DNA of 64,000 nucleotides. It comes from Actinomycetales bacterium. GTDB taxonomy: Bacteria > Actinomycetota > Actinomycetes > Streptosporangiales > Streptosporangiaceae. The notes beneath the pieces are model-generated. The model was not told the origin of the DNA. It searched no databases and saw only the letters and a program-made list of their open reading frames with translations. The stretch spans positions 26,395-90,394 of the forward strand of contig JBIQJI010000008.1 in assembly GCA_044507605.1 (NCBI GenBank). The letters run 5' to 3'. The first letter of the stretch is position 1, and each line of letters begins with the position of its first letter. Below, one piece after another: positions 27,049 through 34,685 of the stretch. A program made the position numbers and the translations under genes.

Positions 27049-28107
27049 TTACGCGGTCCACGCTCGGCCGTTCTCGCCGGCGGTGAATATTTCGCGGGCG
27101 CCGGTCAGCAGGTGCCGGAAACGCAGATCGGCGCGCCTGACCGCGTGTTGATGAAGAGTCACCCCCAGTGCCAGGCCGGGAAGCGATGGCAGCACATGCA
27201 CATAAATAGCGCCTTGCTGCACATCAAGGACCAGCGACTCGATGGTTTCACAGGCCATCGCGTGTAACGCGTGCGCGACCTGGGCGAGCCCTTTGGGCAA
27301 CGACCGGCCGAGCCGGCAATAATGGTCGCGCTGCGTCTGGTACGCCTGTGCGTCGGTCAGCCAGCCGCCGAACGGCTCCCCGAACCACGGCTGCTCGGCC
27401 AGCTCCGCATCGGCGAGGACATCGGCCGAGTACAGCAGCCGCGGCCCCTGGAAAAAGGCGACGTAATGCAGGTCCTCGACGTTCAGCGCCGCCTCGCACA
27501 AGGCCGCCATGCGGTCCCGGGCGTCGCCGGCGAGCCCGTCCGCGTGCACGGTCACGTGGGCGGTCCTCGTCACCGGTGGCGGGAGGGGGTCCCCCCAGCC
27601 GCCGGGATACTCCTCGTCCAGGCGGTAGTGGCGGCGGATGTCGGTGACCGCGTAGCAGGCCTGCTTGTCCATTTCGTCGACCATCTCGCGGACGGCGGGC
27701 CCGGCCGCGGCGGAGCCGCCCCGCCTGAGCGCGGTCAGGTACTCGTCGGGGCGCACCCTGCCGCAGTGGACGCCCTCGGCGCCGGTCGTCACCACGGTGC
27801 GCATCAGCTCTCCACTGCGCAGCTCCGCCAGGTCCCGGTCGAACATCTCGGCCTGGATGACGAGCTGGCGCAACGCCGCCTCACACTCGTGCGGCGCGGG
27901 CAGTTCTCCGGACGACGGCGGCCGGAGGAAAAACTCGCGGAACCCGTTGTAGAAGTAGCCGGTGAGATCCGCCACCCCGCTGTCGATCAGCCGCTCCCGG
28001 CAGATCCCCTGGTGTGAGGTGTAATCGCGATAGGCCACGATCTCCTGGTGATCCTCCCAGCCCTCGCCGCCGGGGTCGCTGATCGGCACCGTGCCGATGT
28101 CGGGCAT
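27049..28107 (-). CDS. Hypothetical cytoplasmic protein, co-directional partner of the STAND gene
   Basis: High-GC3 ORF 64 nt downstream of the 28172 stop. No motif is recognised. The C-terminal segment IESLVLDVQQGAIYVHVLPSLPGLALGVTL is faintly Roadblock/LC7-like. Confidence 0.65.
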   Translation of the reverse strand: MPDIGTVPISDPGGEGWEDHQEIVAYRDYTSHQGICRERLIDSGVADLTGYFYNGFREFFLRPPSSGELPAPHECEAALRQLVIQAEMFDRDLAELRSGELMRTVVTTGAEGVHCGRVRPDEYLTALRRGGSAAAGPAVREMVDEMDKQACYAVTDIRRHYRLDEEYPGGWGDPLPPPVTRTAHVTVHADGLAGDARDRMAALCEAALNVEDLHYVAFFQGPRLLYSADVLADAELAEQPWFGEPFGGWLTDAQAYQTQRDHYCRLGRSLPKGLAQVAHALHAMACETIESLVLDVQQGAIYVHVLPSLPGLALGVTLHQHAVRRADLRFRHLLTGAREIFTAGENGRAWTA

Positions 28108-28171
28108 CGCTCCGCTCCATTCCGCCTGCCGGGGCCGTGCCGTGCGTCCTCGCAGGGACGATCGATGGGGG

Positions 28172-31100
28172 TCAGTATCCGGGCACCTCGATCTCGATGT
28201 CGCGCCGAACGGGCTTGGCCTCGGCGCCGCCGGGCGTGCCGTGGCGTGGGCGCGCCTGCGGCGGCTTCGAGTCGAGCTGCGACAGGGTGTCCCGCAGGTT
28301 CTCGCGCGCGATGCGCAGATCGCGCGGATCGCGGATCTCGGCGGCGCCGAACAGCCACTGCAGTCGTTCGCAGGCGACCTGCTCCAGGTCGCGCGCGGCC
28401 CGCGGGCCGTTCACGAGCAGCTCGGTGTTGGCGTGGTTGACGGTGGCGGTGAGCGTGACGGGATGCCACTCGCCGAGCCGCTCGGCCAGCCCGCGCCGGC
28501 TCTCCTCGCCGTGCCGCAGCGCGTCGTACCGCCGGCCCTCCTTGCGCAGGTAGACCGCGAGGTTCGCCTGGCACATGAAGGTGAACGCGTGGTCGCCGAG
28601 GATGGCGCGGAACCGTTCGAGGCAGTGGCTCGCGTGCTCGACGGCCCCGGAGTAGTCGTCCTGCGCGTGCAGGTCGGCGGCCACGCTGGCGAGGCAGCGC
28701 AGCGTGAGGATGTCGTCGTCGCCGAGCAGGCGGCGATACTGCTCCAGCACCTCGGCATTACGGCTCCGCGACTCCGCCACCTTGCCGAGCCCGCGCTCGG
28801 TGACCGCGAGGCCGTACTCGATGCGCAACCGGTCGAGGCTGCGCGTGCCGAAGGGTTCCTTCTCCCGCCGCACCAGCCGGGCGAGAGCGCGTCTCAGCCA
28901 CAGGTGCGCCTCTTCGTACTCGCCGAGGCAGCGCAGGGTGCCGGCCATGTTGACGACGGTCCACCAGGCGTCGTCGTCGTCTTCGCCGGCCACCTGCCGA
29001 GTGCGTTCGAACCGCTCCCGCGCCTGCTTCAGGGCCGCGGTGTAGTCGCCGTTGAGGTGCATCGAGGCGGCGAGGTTGTTGAGCGCCCGGCCCGTCATGC
29101 GGTGGTCGGCCCCCAGGGCCTCGCGCAGGTTCTTGACGGCCCGGTCGTCCCAGCCGAACGCCTCCTGGAAGGCGCCGCGGGCCCGCAGCACGATGGCGTA
29201 GCGCGACATCGTGGCCCACAGCTGCGGGTGCCGGTCGTGCAGGATGCGCCGGTGCCAGTGCCACGCCGTGCGGATGTGGGTGAGCGCCTGGTCGTACGCG
29301 CCGAGTTTGCGGCAGGCCTCGGCGAGCTCCATGAGCAGGTCGACCTTGACCAGCAGCCTGCGCGCGAGGGCGTCATCGGGCTGCTCCGGCCGCCTGAGCA
29401 GCGCGTCGGCGTCGGGCTCCCAGCTCCGCGCGCACGAGTCACCGATCTGCCGGGCCCGCTCCCAGGCGGTCTTGTCGGCCACCTCGACAAGGCGGCGGAC
29501 CTGGTCGACGATCCATCGACGGACCGCCGGGTCGGTGCTCGCCCCGGCGTAGTCCGCGTCGATGTGCACGCTGCTCTCCATGACGTCCTGGTCCCATACC
29601 GCAGCCTGCTCCGACCCCGCCGGGGGGCGTGTCTGGGCCGGGCGGTGCGCCGCGAGCACGCGGTAGATCGCGGTCCGCTCCGTCTCGGCCTGCTCGGCGG
29701 TCATGTCGGCCCGGACGAACTCCGCGATGACACGATGCATCTTCAGCCGCCCGCCGCGAGCGAAGGAGACGGCGGCCAGGCCGAACCGGTCGATGGCCCA
29801 CAGCACGGCGTCGACCAGCACCGGGTAGTGGAAACCGACGCCGTGATCGGCGAGCTCGTCGCACATCGCCCGGGAGTTCAACCGGTCGACCTCGACGCCG
29901 TCGGGCGACAGGAACGAGCACATGCGCAGCACCCGCCGACCCGCTTCGCCGCCGGGGCCGGCGAGCAGCCGCTCCATCGCCAGCCGCACCGTCGCCTGGT
30001 ACACCGGCACCTGGTGCACCGGCGGATGGACCGGGGCGGCCCGCCCCGCGGGCTGACGCCTTCTCACGGAGCCGGCCTCTTGCCGGAATCTGGTCACGAA
30101 TTCGTCGACCGTCTTCCCCGCCTGGGCGGCCAGCAGCTCGTTGTCCTCGCGCAGCCCGCTCAGCCGGTCGAGCACCCACCCCGCGGCGAGCTCGATGGCG
30201 AGCGGATAGCCCTCCACCGTGCCGGCCAGCAGCTCGGCGGCGGAGTCGGGGATGAGCTCCCGGGGAAACGTGATGCCGAGGTGCGGCCAGGTCTGCTGCT
30301 TGTACCGGATCAGCTCCAGGCTCTCGGCCGTGGTCAGCGGCCTGACCTCGATGTGACGAGCGCGCTCGCTGGGCTCGACCTCGCGGGCGGTGATCACGAC
30401 GTCACCGGTGCCCTCACGGGGGATCAGGCCGTCGAGCGCGCGCAGATCCTCGACGTTGTCGTAGACCAGCAGCCAGCGCATCTCGCCGTCGTGTTTCAGC
30501 CTGTCGAGCACGGTGTCGACGAGGTCGGTGCCCCTGGGCAGCTCCAGCCGCGCGGCGAGCCCGCCGAGCCCGGCACGGACGGTCTGCTCCGTCTCGGCCG
30601 CCACCCACCACACCACGTCGTACGCGCCGGCGTAGCGGTGGGCGTATTCGAGGGCGATCTGGCTCTTGCCGACTCCCGCCACGCCGCGCAGGGTGGCCCA
30701 GCGGACCGAGCCGCCATCGCCGGTCAAAAAGTCGCGCAGCTCCTGGATCACCGCGTCGCGGCCGACGAACGACGGGTTGCTGCCCGGCAGCCGCTCGATG
30801 TCGGGTGGCCGGGGGAACCTGCGTCTGCCGGTGGGCGGGAAGTCGCCGGACCGCCCGGGCGATGGCGGCCCGCCGATGCGCAGCCCTTGGTACAGCCGGT
30901 TGCGGGCGTCGCCTTCGGGCAGGTCGGTCAGGTCGAGCTCGTCCAGGCCGTCGGGCGGATCGGGGAAGCCGGCGCGGTCGACCCGCACGGCCAGCACCTT
31001 CGCACGCTGGATCAGGTCGGCGAGCCGCCGTTTCAGCCGCCGGTCGAGCCCGGGCGGGGAGACGAGCAGGACGGCGGTGTGCGGGTCGTTCGCCACCCAG

Positions 31101-32134
31101 GCGAATCCGGCGACGGCGATCTCCTCGACCTGTACGCCGGCGCGCCCGACCTGTTCGGCGATCCACTCGGCCCAGGCCTCGTAGCGGGGGGTGTGGACCA
31201 CGAGCACGCGGTCGATCGCGGAGACCCGGCCGTCGGTGAGCACCTCGACGAGCCGCTCGCACGCCTCTCGGACACCGCCCGGCCCCCCCGTCGGCTCCTG
31301 GAGCACCGCGGGGACGTCGGAGAAGGAGGACGCCTCGTAGGGCATCTGAGGGAGGCCGGGGGCATCGCCGGAGGCGCCGGCCGGCCCGGCGATGGGGCCG
31401 AACCGGCGCAGGGCCAGGTCGCGCGGCTCGTCGACGTTCGGGACGGACCCGTCGACCCGCATGGCCAGCGGGACGACGCGCGGCGGGTGCGGGCCGGCGG
31501 CGCGGATGTCGGCGGCGAACCCGGCGGGCTCGTCGACGTAGTCGCGGGTCAGCGAGAAACAGACGACCGCCTGGTCGCCGAGCCCCGCGATCCAGGCCGT
31601 CACATCGTCCGACCAGCCCACCGGCGCATCGATAAGTACGTAGTCATATCCGGACGTTTGCAAATATGACCGAAATGTCGTTATCCATCCCGAATCAACG
31701 GCCAAGCGCAGCGATTCGGACGAGGATCGGGACGCCGAGCCGTAGGTCAGCAGATCGATGGCGCCACGGTCGGTCACGTCGGTGAGATTGAGCCGGATCG
31801 GGTCGGACCGGAGTTCGAGCGCCGCGGGATCGCGATCGTTGCGCTCGATCAGGTCGGACAGCCCGCGGCCGCGAGGATCGGGCTCGTCGGGCAGATAGCG
31901 CCGCAGATAGCGATGGAAGTCGCGGGACCGTGGCTCGCAATCGACGACCAGGACCCGCATGCCCGCCCTGGCCAAAATGACCGCCGCGTTGGCGACGGTG
32001 GTCGTGCGGCCGACGCCGCCCCGGGCCGAACAGAAAATCAGGACCCGGCCAGGACCGCTGGAATCGGCTCCCATCGTCGCTCCCATCGCGTCATCGCGCA
32101 CCCGCGCCGGTCGAGGTGGGCGGAAATGCCGCAA
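28172..32134 (-). CDS. FxsT-like STAND protein: ParA/MinD-like (KGGVGR-variant) domain + TIR-like domain + NB-ARC NTPase + TPR array
   Basis: - aa 28-230: ParA-like (VLIFCSARGGVGRTTTVANAAVILARAGMRVLVVDCEP ... DYVLIDAP).
- aa about 307-390: TIR-like (VLVVHTPRYEAWAEWIAEQVGRAGVQVEE...AVLLVSPP).
- aa about 455-660: NB-ARC (FVGRDAVIQELRDFL...LRGVAGVGKSQIALEYAHRYAGAYDVVWWVAAE...WLLVYDNVED...GYPLAIELAAG).
- aa about 940-1250: TPR (LNNLAASMHLNGDYTAALKQ...).
- The first codon at 32134 is TTG. ATG alternatives lie at 32086 and 32074. Confidence 0.85.
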   Translation of the reverse strand: MRHFRPPRPARVRDDAMGATMGADSSGPGRVLIFCSARGGVGRTTTVANAAVILARAGMRVLVVDCEPRSRDFHRYLRRYLPDEPDPRGRGLSDLIERNDRDPAALELRSDPIRLNLTDVTDRGAIDLLTYGSASRSSSESLRLAVDSGWITTFRSYLQTSGYDYVLIDAPVGWSDDVTAWIAGLGDQAVVCFSLTRDYVDEPAGFAADIRAAGPHPPRVVPLAMRVDGSVPNVDEPRDLALRRFGPIAGPAGASGDAPGLPQMPYEASSFSDVPAVLQEPTGGPGGVREACERLVEVLTDGRVSAIDRVLVVHTPRYEAWAEWIAEQVGRAGVQVEEIAVAGFAWVANDPHTAVLLVSPPGLDRRLKRRLADLIQRAKVLAVRVDRAGFPDPPDGLDELDLTDLPEGDARNRLYQGLRIGGPPSPGRSGDFPPTGRRRFPRPPDIERLPGSNPSFVGRDAVIQELRDFLTGDGGSVRWATLRGVAGVGKSQIALEYAHRYAGAYDVVWWVAAETEQTVRAGLGGLAARLELPRGTDLVDTVLDRLKHDGEMRWLLVYDNVEDLRALDGLIPREGTGDVVITAREVEPSERARHIEVRPLTTAESLELIRYKQQTWPHLGITFPRELIPDSAAELLAGTVEGYPLAIELAAGWVLDRLSGLREDNELLAAQAGKTVDEFVTRFRQEAGSVRRRQPAGRAAPVHPPVHQVPVYQATVRLAMERLLAGPGGEAGRRVLRMCSFLSPDGVEVDRLNSRAMCDELADHGVGFHYPVLVDAVLWAIDRFGLAAVSFARGGRLKMHRVIAEFVRADMTAEQAETERTAIYRVLAAHRPAQTRPPAGSEQAAVWDQDVMESSVHIDADYAGASTDPAVRRWIVDQVRRLVEVADKTAWERARQIGDSCARSWEPDADALLRRPEQPDDALARRLLVKVDLLMELAEACRKLGAYDQALTHIRTAWHWHRRILHDRHPQLWATMSRYAIVLRARGAFQEAFGWDDRAVKNLREALGADHRMTGRALNNLAASMHLNGDYTAALKQARERFERTRQVAGEDDDDAWWTVVNMAGTLRCLGEYEEAHLWLRRALARLVRREKEPFGTRSLDRLRIEYGLAVTERGLGKVAESRSRNAEVLEQYRRLLGDDDILTLRCLASVAADLHAQDDYSGAVEHASHCLERFRAILGDHAFTFMCQANLAVYLRKEGRRYDALRHGEESRRGLAERLGEWHPVTLTATVNHANTELLVNGPRAARDLEQVACERLQWLFGAAEIRDPRDLRIARENLRDTLSQLDSKPPQARPRHGTPGGAEAKPVRRDIEIEVPGY

Positions 32135-32259
32135 TCACCTGACGTCACGGGCCGCGGGCCTGGTGAGCCCCGGCTGAAACGCAAGCGACCCGAGGCCCTC
32201 CTCCGGGTAGGACCCGTTCTCAGAGTAGGAGGGCCGCCCGGGGCGGTCAACGAATGTTT

Positions 32260-32442
32260 TCATTTATCTTGGGGCGGCTGACTCGACTGCACCAGTGGTG
32301 CCGCCGAACCACATTCCAGGTCGTGCAGGATCCGGTCGAGCGCGCCGTTCAGCGCCCGTTTCGACAGTCCGGCGGTTCCGTACAGCCCGATACCCGCGAC
32401 ATCGACTATGTCGGACTCTAGATCGTATCTAGGGGAACCCAT
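32260..32442 (-). CDS. Candidate 60-aa FxSxx-COOH-like precursor peptide (variant C-terminus)
   Basis: ATG start, directly upstream of and co-directional with the FxsT-like gene. The leader-like pattern SDIVDVAGIGL...LSKRALNGALDRIL resembles my recollection of FxsA leaders. The C-terminus is ...PLVQSSQPPQDK, with VQSSQ where FxSxx would be and 5 extra residues. GC3 is lower than in neighbouring genes, with rare codons AGA, CTA and ATA. Confidence 0.45.
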   Translation of the reverse strand: MGSPRYDLESDIVDVAGIGLYGTAGLSKRALNGALDRILHDLECGSAAPLVQSSQPPQDK

Positions 32443-32610
32443 ACCGATGACCTGCCTTTTCCCCGACGTGAAACTCCCGCCGAAAGCATGCGCATCCGGC
32501 TAATGCATGCCATGCGGCATTAACCTATCATCGATCGCGGACCTATCACCATTGCACCGCTCCCCCGGTCACCCGCCGTTCCTCCCTGCCAGAGAAAGGG
32601 GTGGCACTAT

Positions 32611-34014
32611 ATGCCGCATTTGGGAAGGCGCGGCGAGAACGAACCCGGGCGCGCTCGGCCCGGCCCTCCCCCACCCCGCCACGGCCTTCGCCAGCAGGTG
32701 TTCGACGACCTCGCCCGGGGCGGCGGCGGAGCCGAGGCGGCGCGGCTGCTCGCCACCGCCGAGTTCAGCAAGCATCTGCTGCTGCTCCGGCTCGTCGTCG
32801 CCGAGGCGGAGACGGTCCGGCACCCGCAGGCGGCGGAGACCGCCGACGCCTACGACACGCTGGCCGCGCTGCAACGGCTGGCGCCGGGCCCGGTCGAGGC
32901 GGTGATCCGCTACCCGGCGGTGGGCGTCTGGGCGTACCGGACCATCCAGGCGCTGCGCGGCCCGCGACCCCTCGACGCGCGTCCCGCCCGGCTCACCGCG
33001 ATCGCCGCCAGCGCGGCGATCAGCGGCCGGACGTCGGCCACGCTGCGGGTGCACGCCGACGGTCCCGTCGTCGCCCTGCCCGGCGTCGGGCTGGCCGTGC
33101 TGCCGGGGTCCGCGACCGGCGGGACGGTCGCGCTGCGCACCGGACCCGACGGCGCCCTGCTGTCCTCGGGCGGCGCACGCGTCCACCTGCCCGACGAGCC
33201 GGACACCGACGGCGAAGGCTGGTCGGGCACGCGCGTCCTGTCGCTGCCGCACGACGGACGGCCCGATCCGCTGCGGCTCGCCGTCGACGACCTCGACCCG
33301 TACCGGTTCCCCAGCGAGCTCGTCCACGGGCGGCTGTCGGCGGAGCAGTCCCGCCGCTTCACCGGGGCGGTCGCCGCCGGATGGGAGCTGCTGGCCAGGC
33401 ACCACGCGGAGGTGACCGCCGAGGTGCCGGCCGTCATCACCACGCTCACCCCGCTCACGGCACCGCGCGGAGCCATCGTCAGCGCGTCGTCGGGAGCGGC
33501 GTTCGGCTGCGTCGCCCTCTCCGAGCCGCCCGACGACCGCGCCGCCGCCGTCACGTTCGCGCACGAGCTGCGGCACGCCAAGCTGTCGGCCCTGATGGAC
33601 CTGTTCCCGCTGGTCCGGGCGGCGCCGCACGAGCTGTTCTACGCGCCCTGGCGCGAGGACCCGCGGCCGCTGTCCGGCCTGCTCCACGGCGCGTACGCCT
33701 TCGCCGGGGTCGCCGCCTTCTGGGGCCGGCAGCGGCACATCGAGACCAGCGGGCGGGCGGTGCTGGAGGCCAACGTCCGGTTCGCCCGATGGCGCGACGC
33801 CGCGCTGGGGGTGGCGCGGTTCCTGGCCGGGTCCGATCGGCTGACCGATGCCGGGCGGCGCTTCGCCACCGGCCTGCTGGCGGAACTGGAGGAATGGCAC
33901 CGCGCGGACGTGCCCGCCGAGGCCGCCGCCCGGGCCCGCGACGAGGCGGCCCGGCACCTGGCCCGCTGGACGAGCCGGCACGGGCCGCCGCCGAACGCGC
34001 CGTACCCCGGCTGA
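32611..34014 (+). CDS. HExxH-motif domain protein (aKG-HExxH peptide beta-hydroxylase / FxsC-like family)
   Basis: HELRH at 33562-33576 within FAHELRHAKLSAL. N-terminal LLATAEFSKHLLLLRLVV and overall length fit the stand-alone HEXXH-domain family seen in FxSxx loci. Divergent from the peptide gene. Confidence 0.7.
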   Translation: MPHLGRRGENEPGRARPGPPPPRHGLRQQVFDDLARGGGGAEAARLLATAEFSKHLLLLRLVVAEAETVRHPQAAETADAYDTLAALQRLAPGPVEAVIRYPAVGVWAYRTIQALRGPRPLDARPARLTAIAASAAISGRTSATLRVHADGPVVALPGVGLAVLPGSATGGTVALRTGPDGALLSSGGARVHLPDEPDTDGEGWSGTRVLSLPHDGRPDPLRLAVDDLDPYRFPSELVHGRLSAEQSRRFTGAVAAGWELLARHHAEVTAEVPAVITTLTPLTAPRGAIVSASSGAAFGCVALSEPPDDRAAAVTFAHELRHAKLSALMDLFPLVRAAPHELFYAPWREDPRPLSGLLHGAYAFAGVAAFWGRQRHIETSGRAVLEANVRFARWRDAALGVARFLAGSDRLTDAGRRFATGLLAELEEWHRADVPAEAAARARDEAARHLARWTSRHGPPPNAPYPG

Positions 34015-34049
34015 CCCCGTCGGCCCGCGCGGCGGCGGCCCGGGGCGGC

Positions 34050-34670
34050 TCAGGAGACGGGGCCGGTCGAGTTCACCTGGGCGGCGCGGTGCACGACGTG
34101 GTCGACCATGCCGTACTCCTTGGCCTCCTCGGCGGTGAACCAGCGGTCGCGGTCCCAGTCCCGCTCGACCTGCTCGCGGCTCTGGCCCGTGTGGTGGGCG
34201 ATGCGCTCGGCCGTGGTGCGCTTGACGTACGTCATCTGCTCGGCCTGGATCTTGATGTCGCTGGCGGTGCCGCCGAGGCCGCCGGAGGGCTGGTGCATCA
34301 TGATGCGGGCGTGGCGCAGGGCGTAGCGGCGGCCGGGGGTGCCGGCGCACAGCAGCACCTGGGCCATCGAAGCGGCCAGGCCGATGGTCACGGTGCTGAT
34401 CGGGTTGGGCAGGAACTGCATGACGTCGTACATCGCCATGCCTGCGGTCACCGACCCGCCGGGCGAGTTGATGTAGAGGAAGATGTCGCGCCGGTCGTCC
34501 TCGGCCGACAGCAGCAGGAGCTGGCCGCACACGCGGTTGGCGATCTCGTCGTCGATCTCGCTGCCGATGAAGATGATGCGCTCGCTCAGCAGCCGCTCGT
34601 AGACGGACTCCTGGGGCCTGCGGCCGATCTCGGTGACGCGGCTGTGCGGGGTGAACGGGCTGGGTTCCAC
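34050..34670 (-). CDS. clpP: ATP-dependent Clp protease proteolytic subunit (solitary paralog)
   Basis: YERLLSERIIFIGSEIDD, YINSPGGSVTAGMAMYD, catalytic Ser in GLAASMA, His in IMMHQP, and Asp in DRDRWFTAEEAKEYGMVD. Confidence 0.9.
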   Translation of the reverse strand: MEPSPFTPHSRVTEIGRRPQESVYERLLSERIIFIGSEIDDEIANRVCGQLLLLSAEDDRRDIFLYINSPGGSVTAGMAMYDVMQFLPNPISTVTIGLAASMAQVLLCAGTPGRRYALRHARIMMHQPSGGLGGTASDIKIQAEQMTYVKRTTAERIAHHTGQSREQVERDWDRDRWFTAEEAKEYGMVDHVVHRAAQVNSTGPVS

Positions 34671-34685
34671 GGGCCCTCCTGACGT

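Noticed and set aside
32507-32905. 132-aa plus-strand ORF overlapping the HExxH gene start
   Set aside because: It is out of frame with the motif-bearing HExxH ORF and has a low-complexity Arg/Pro/Ser translation.
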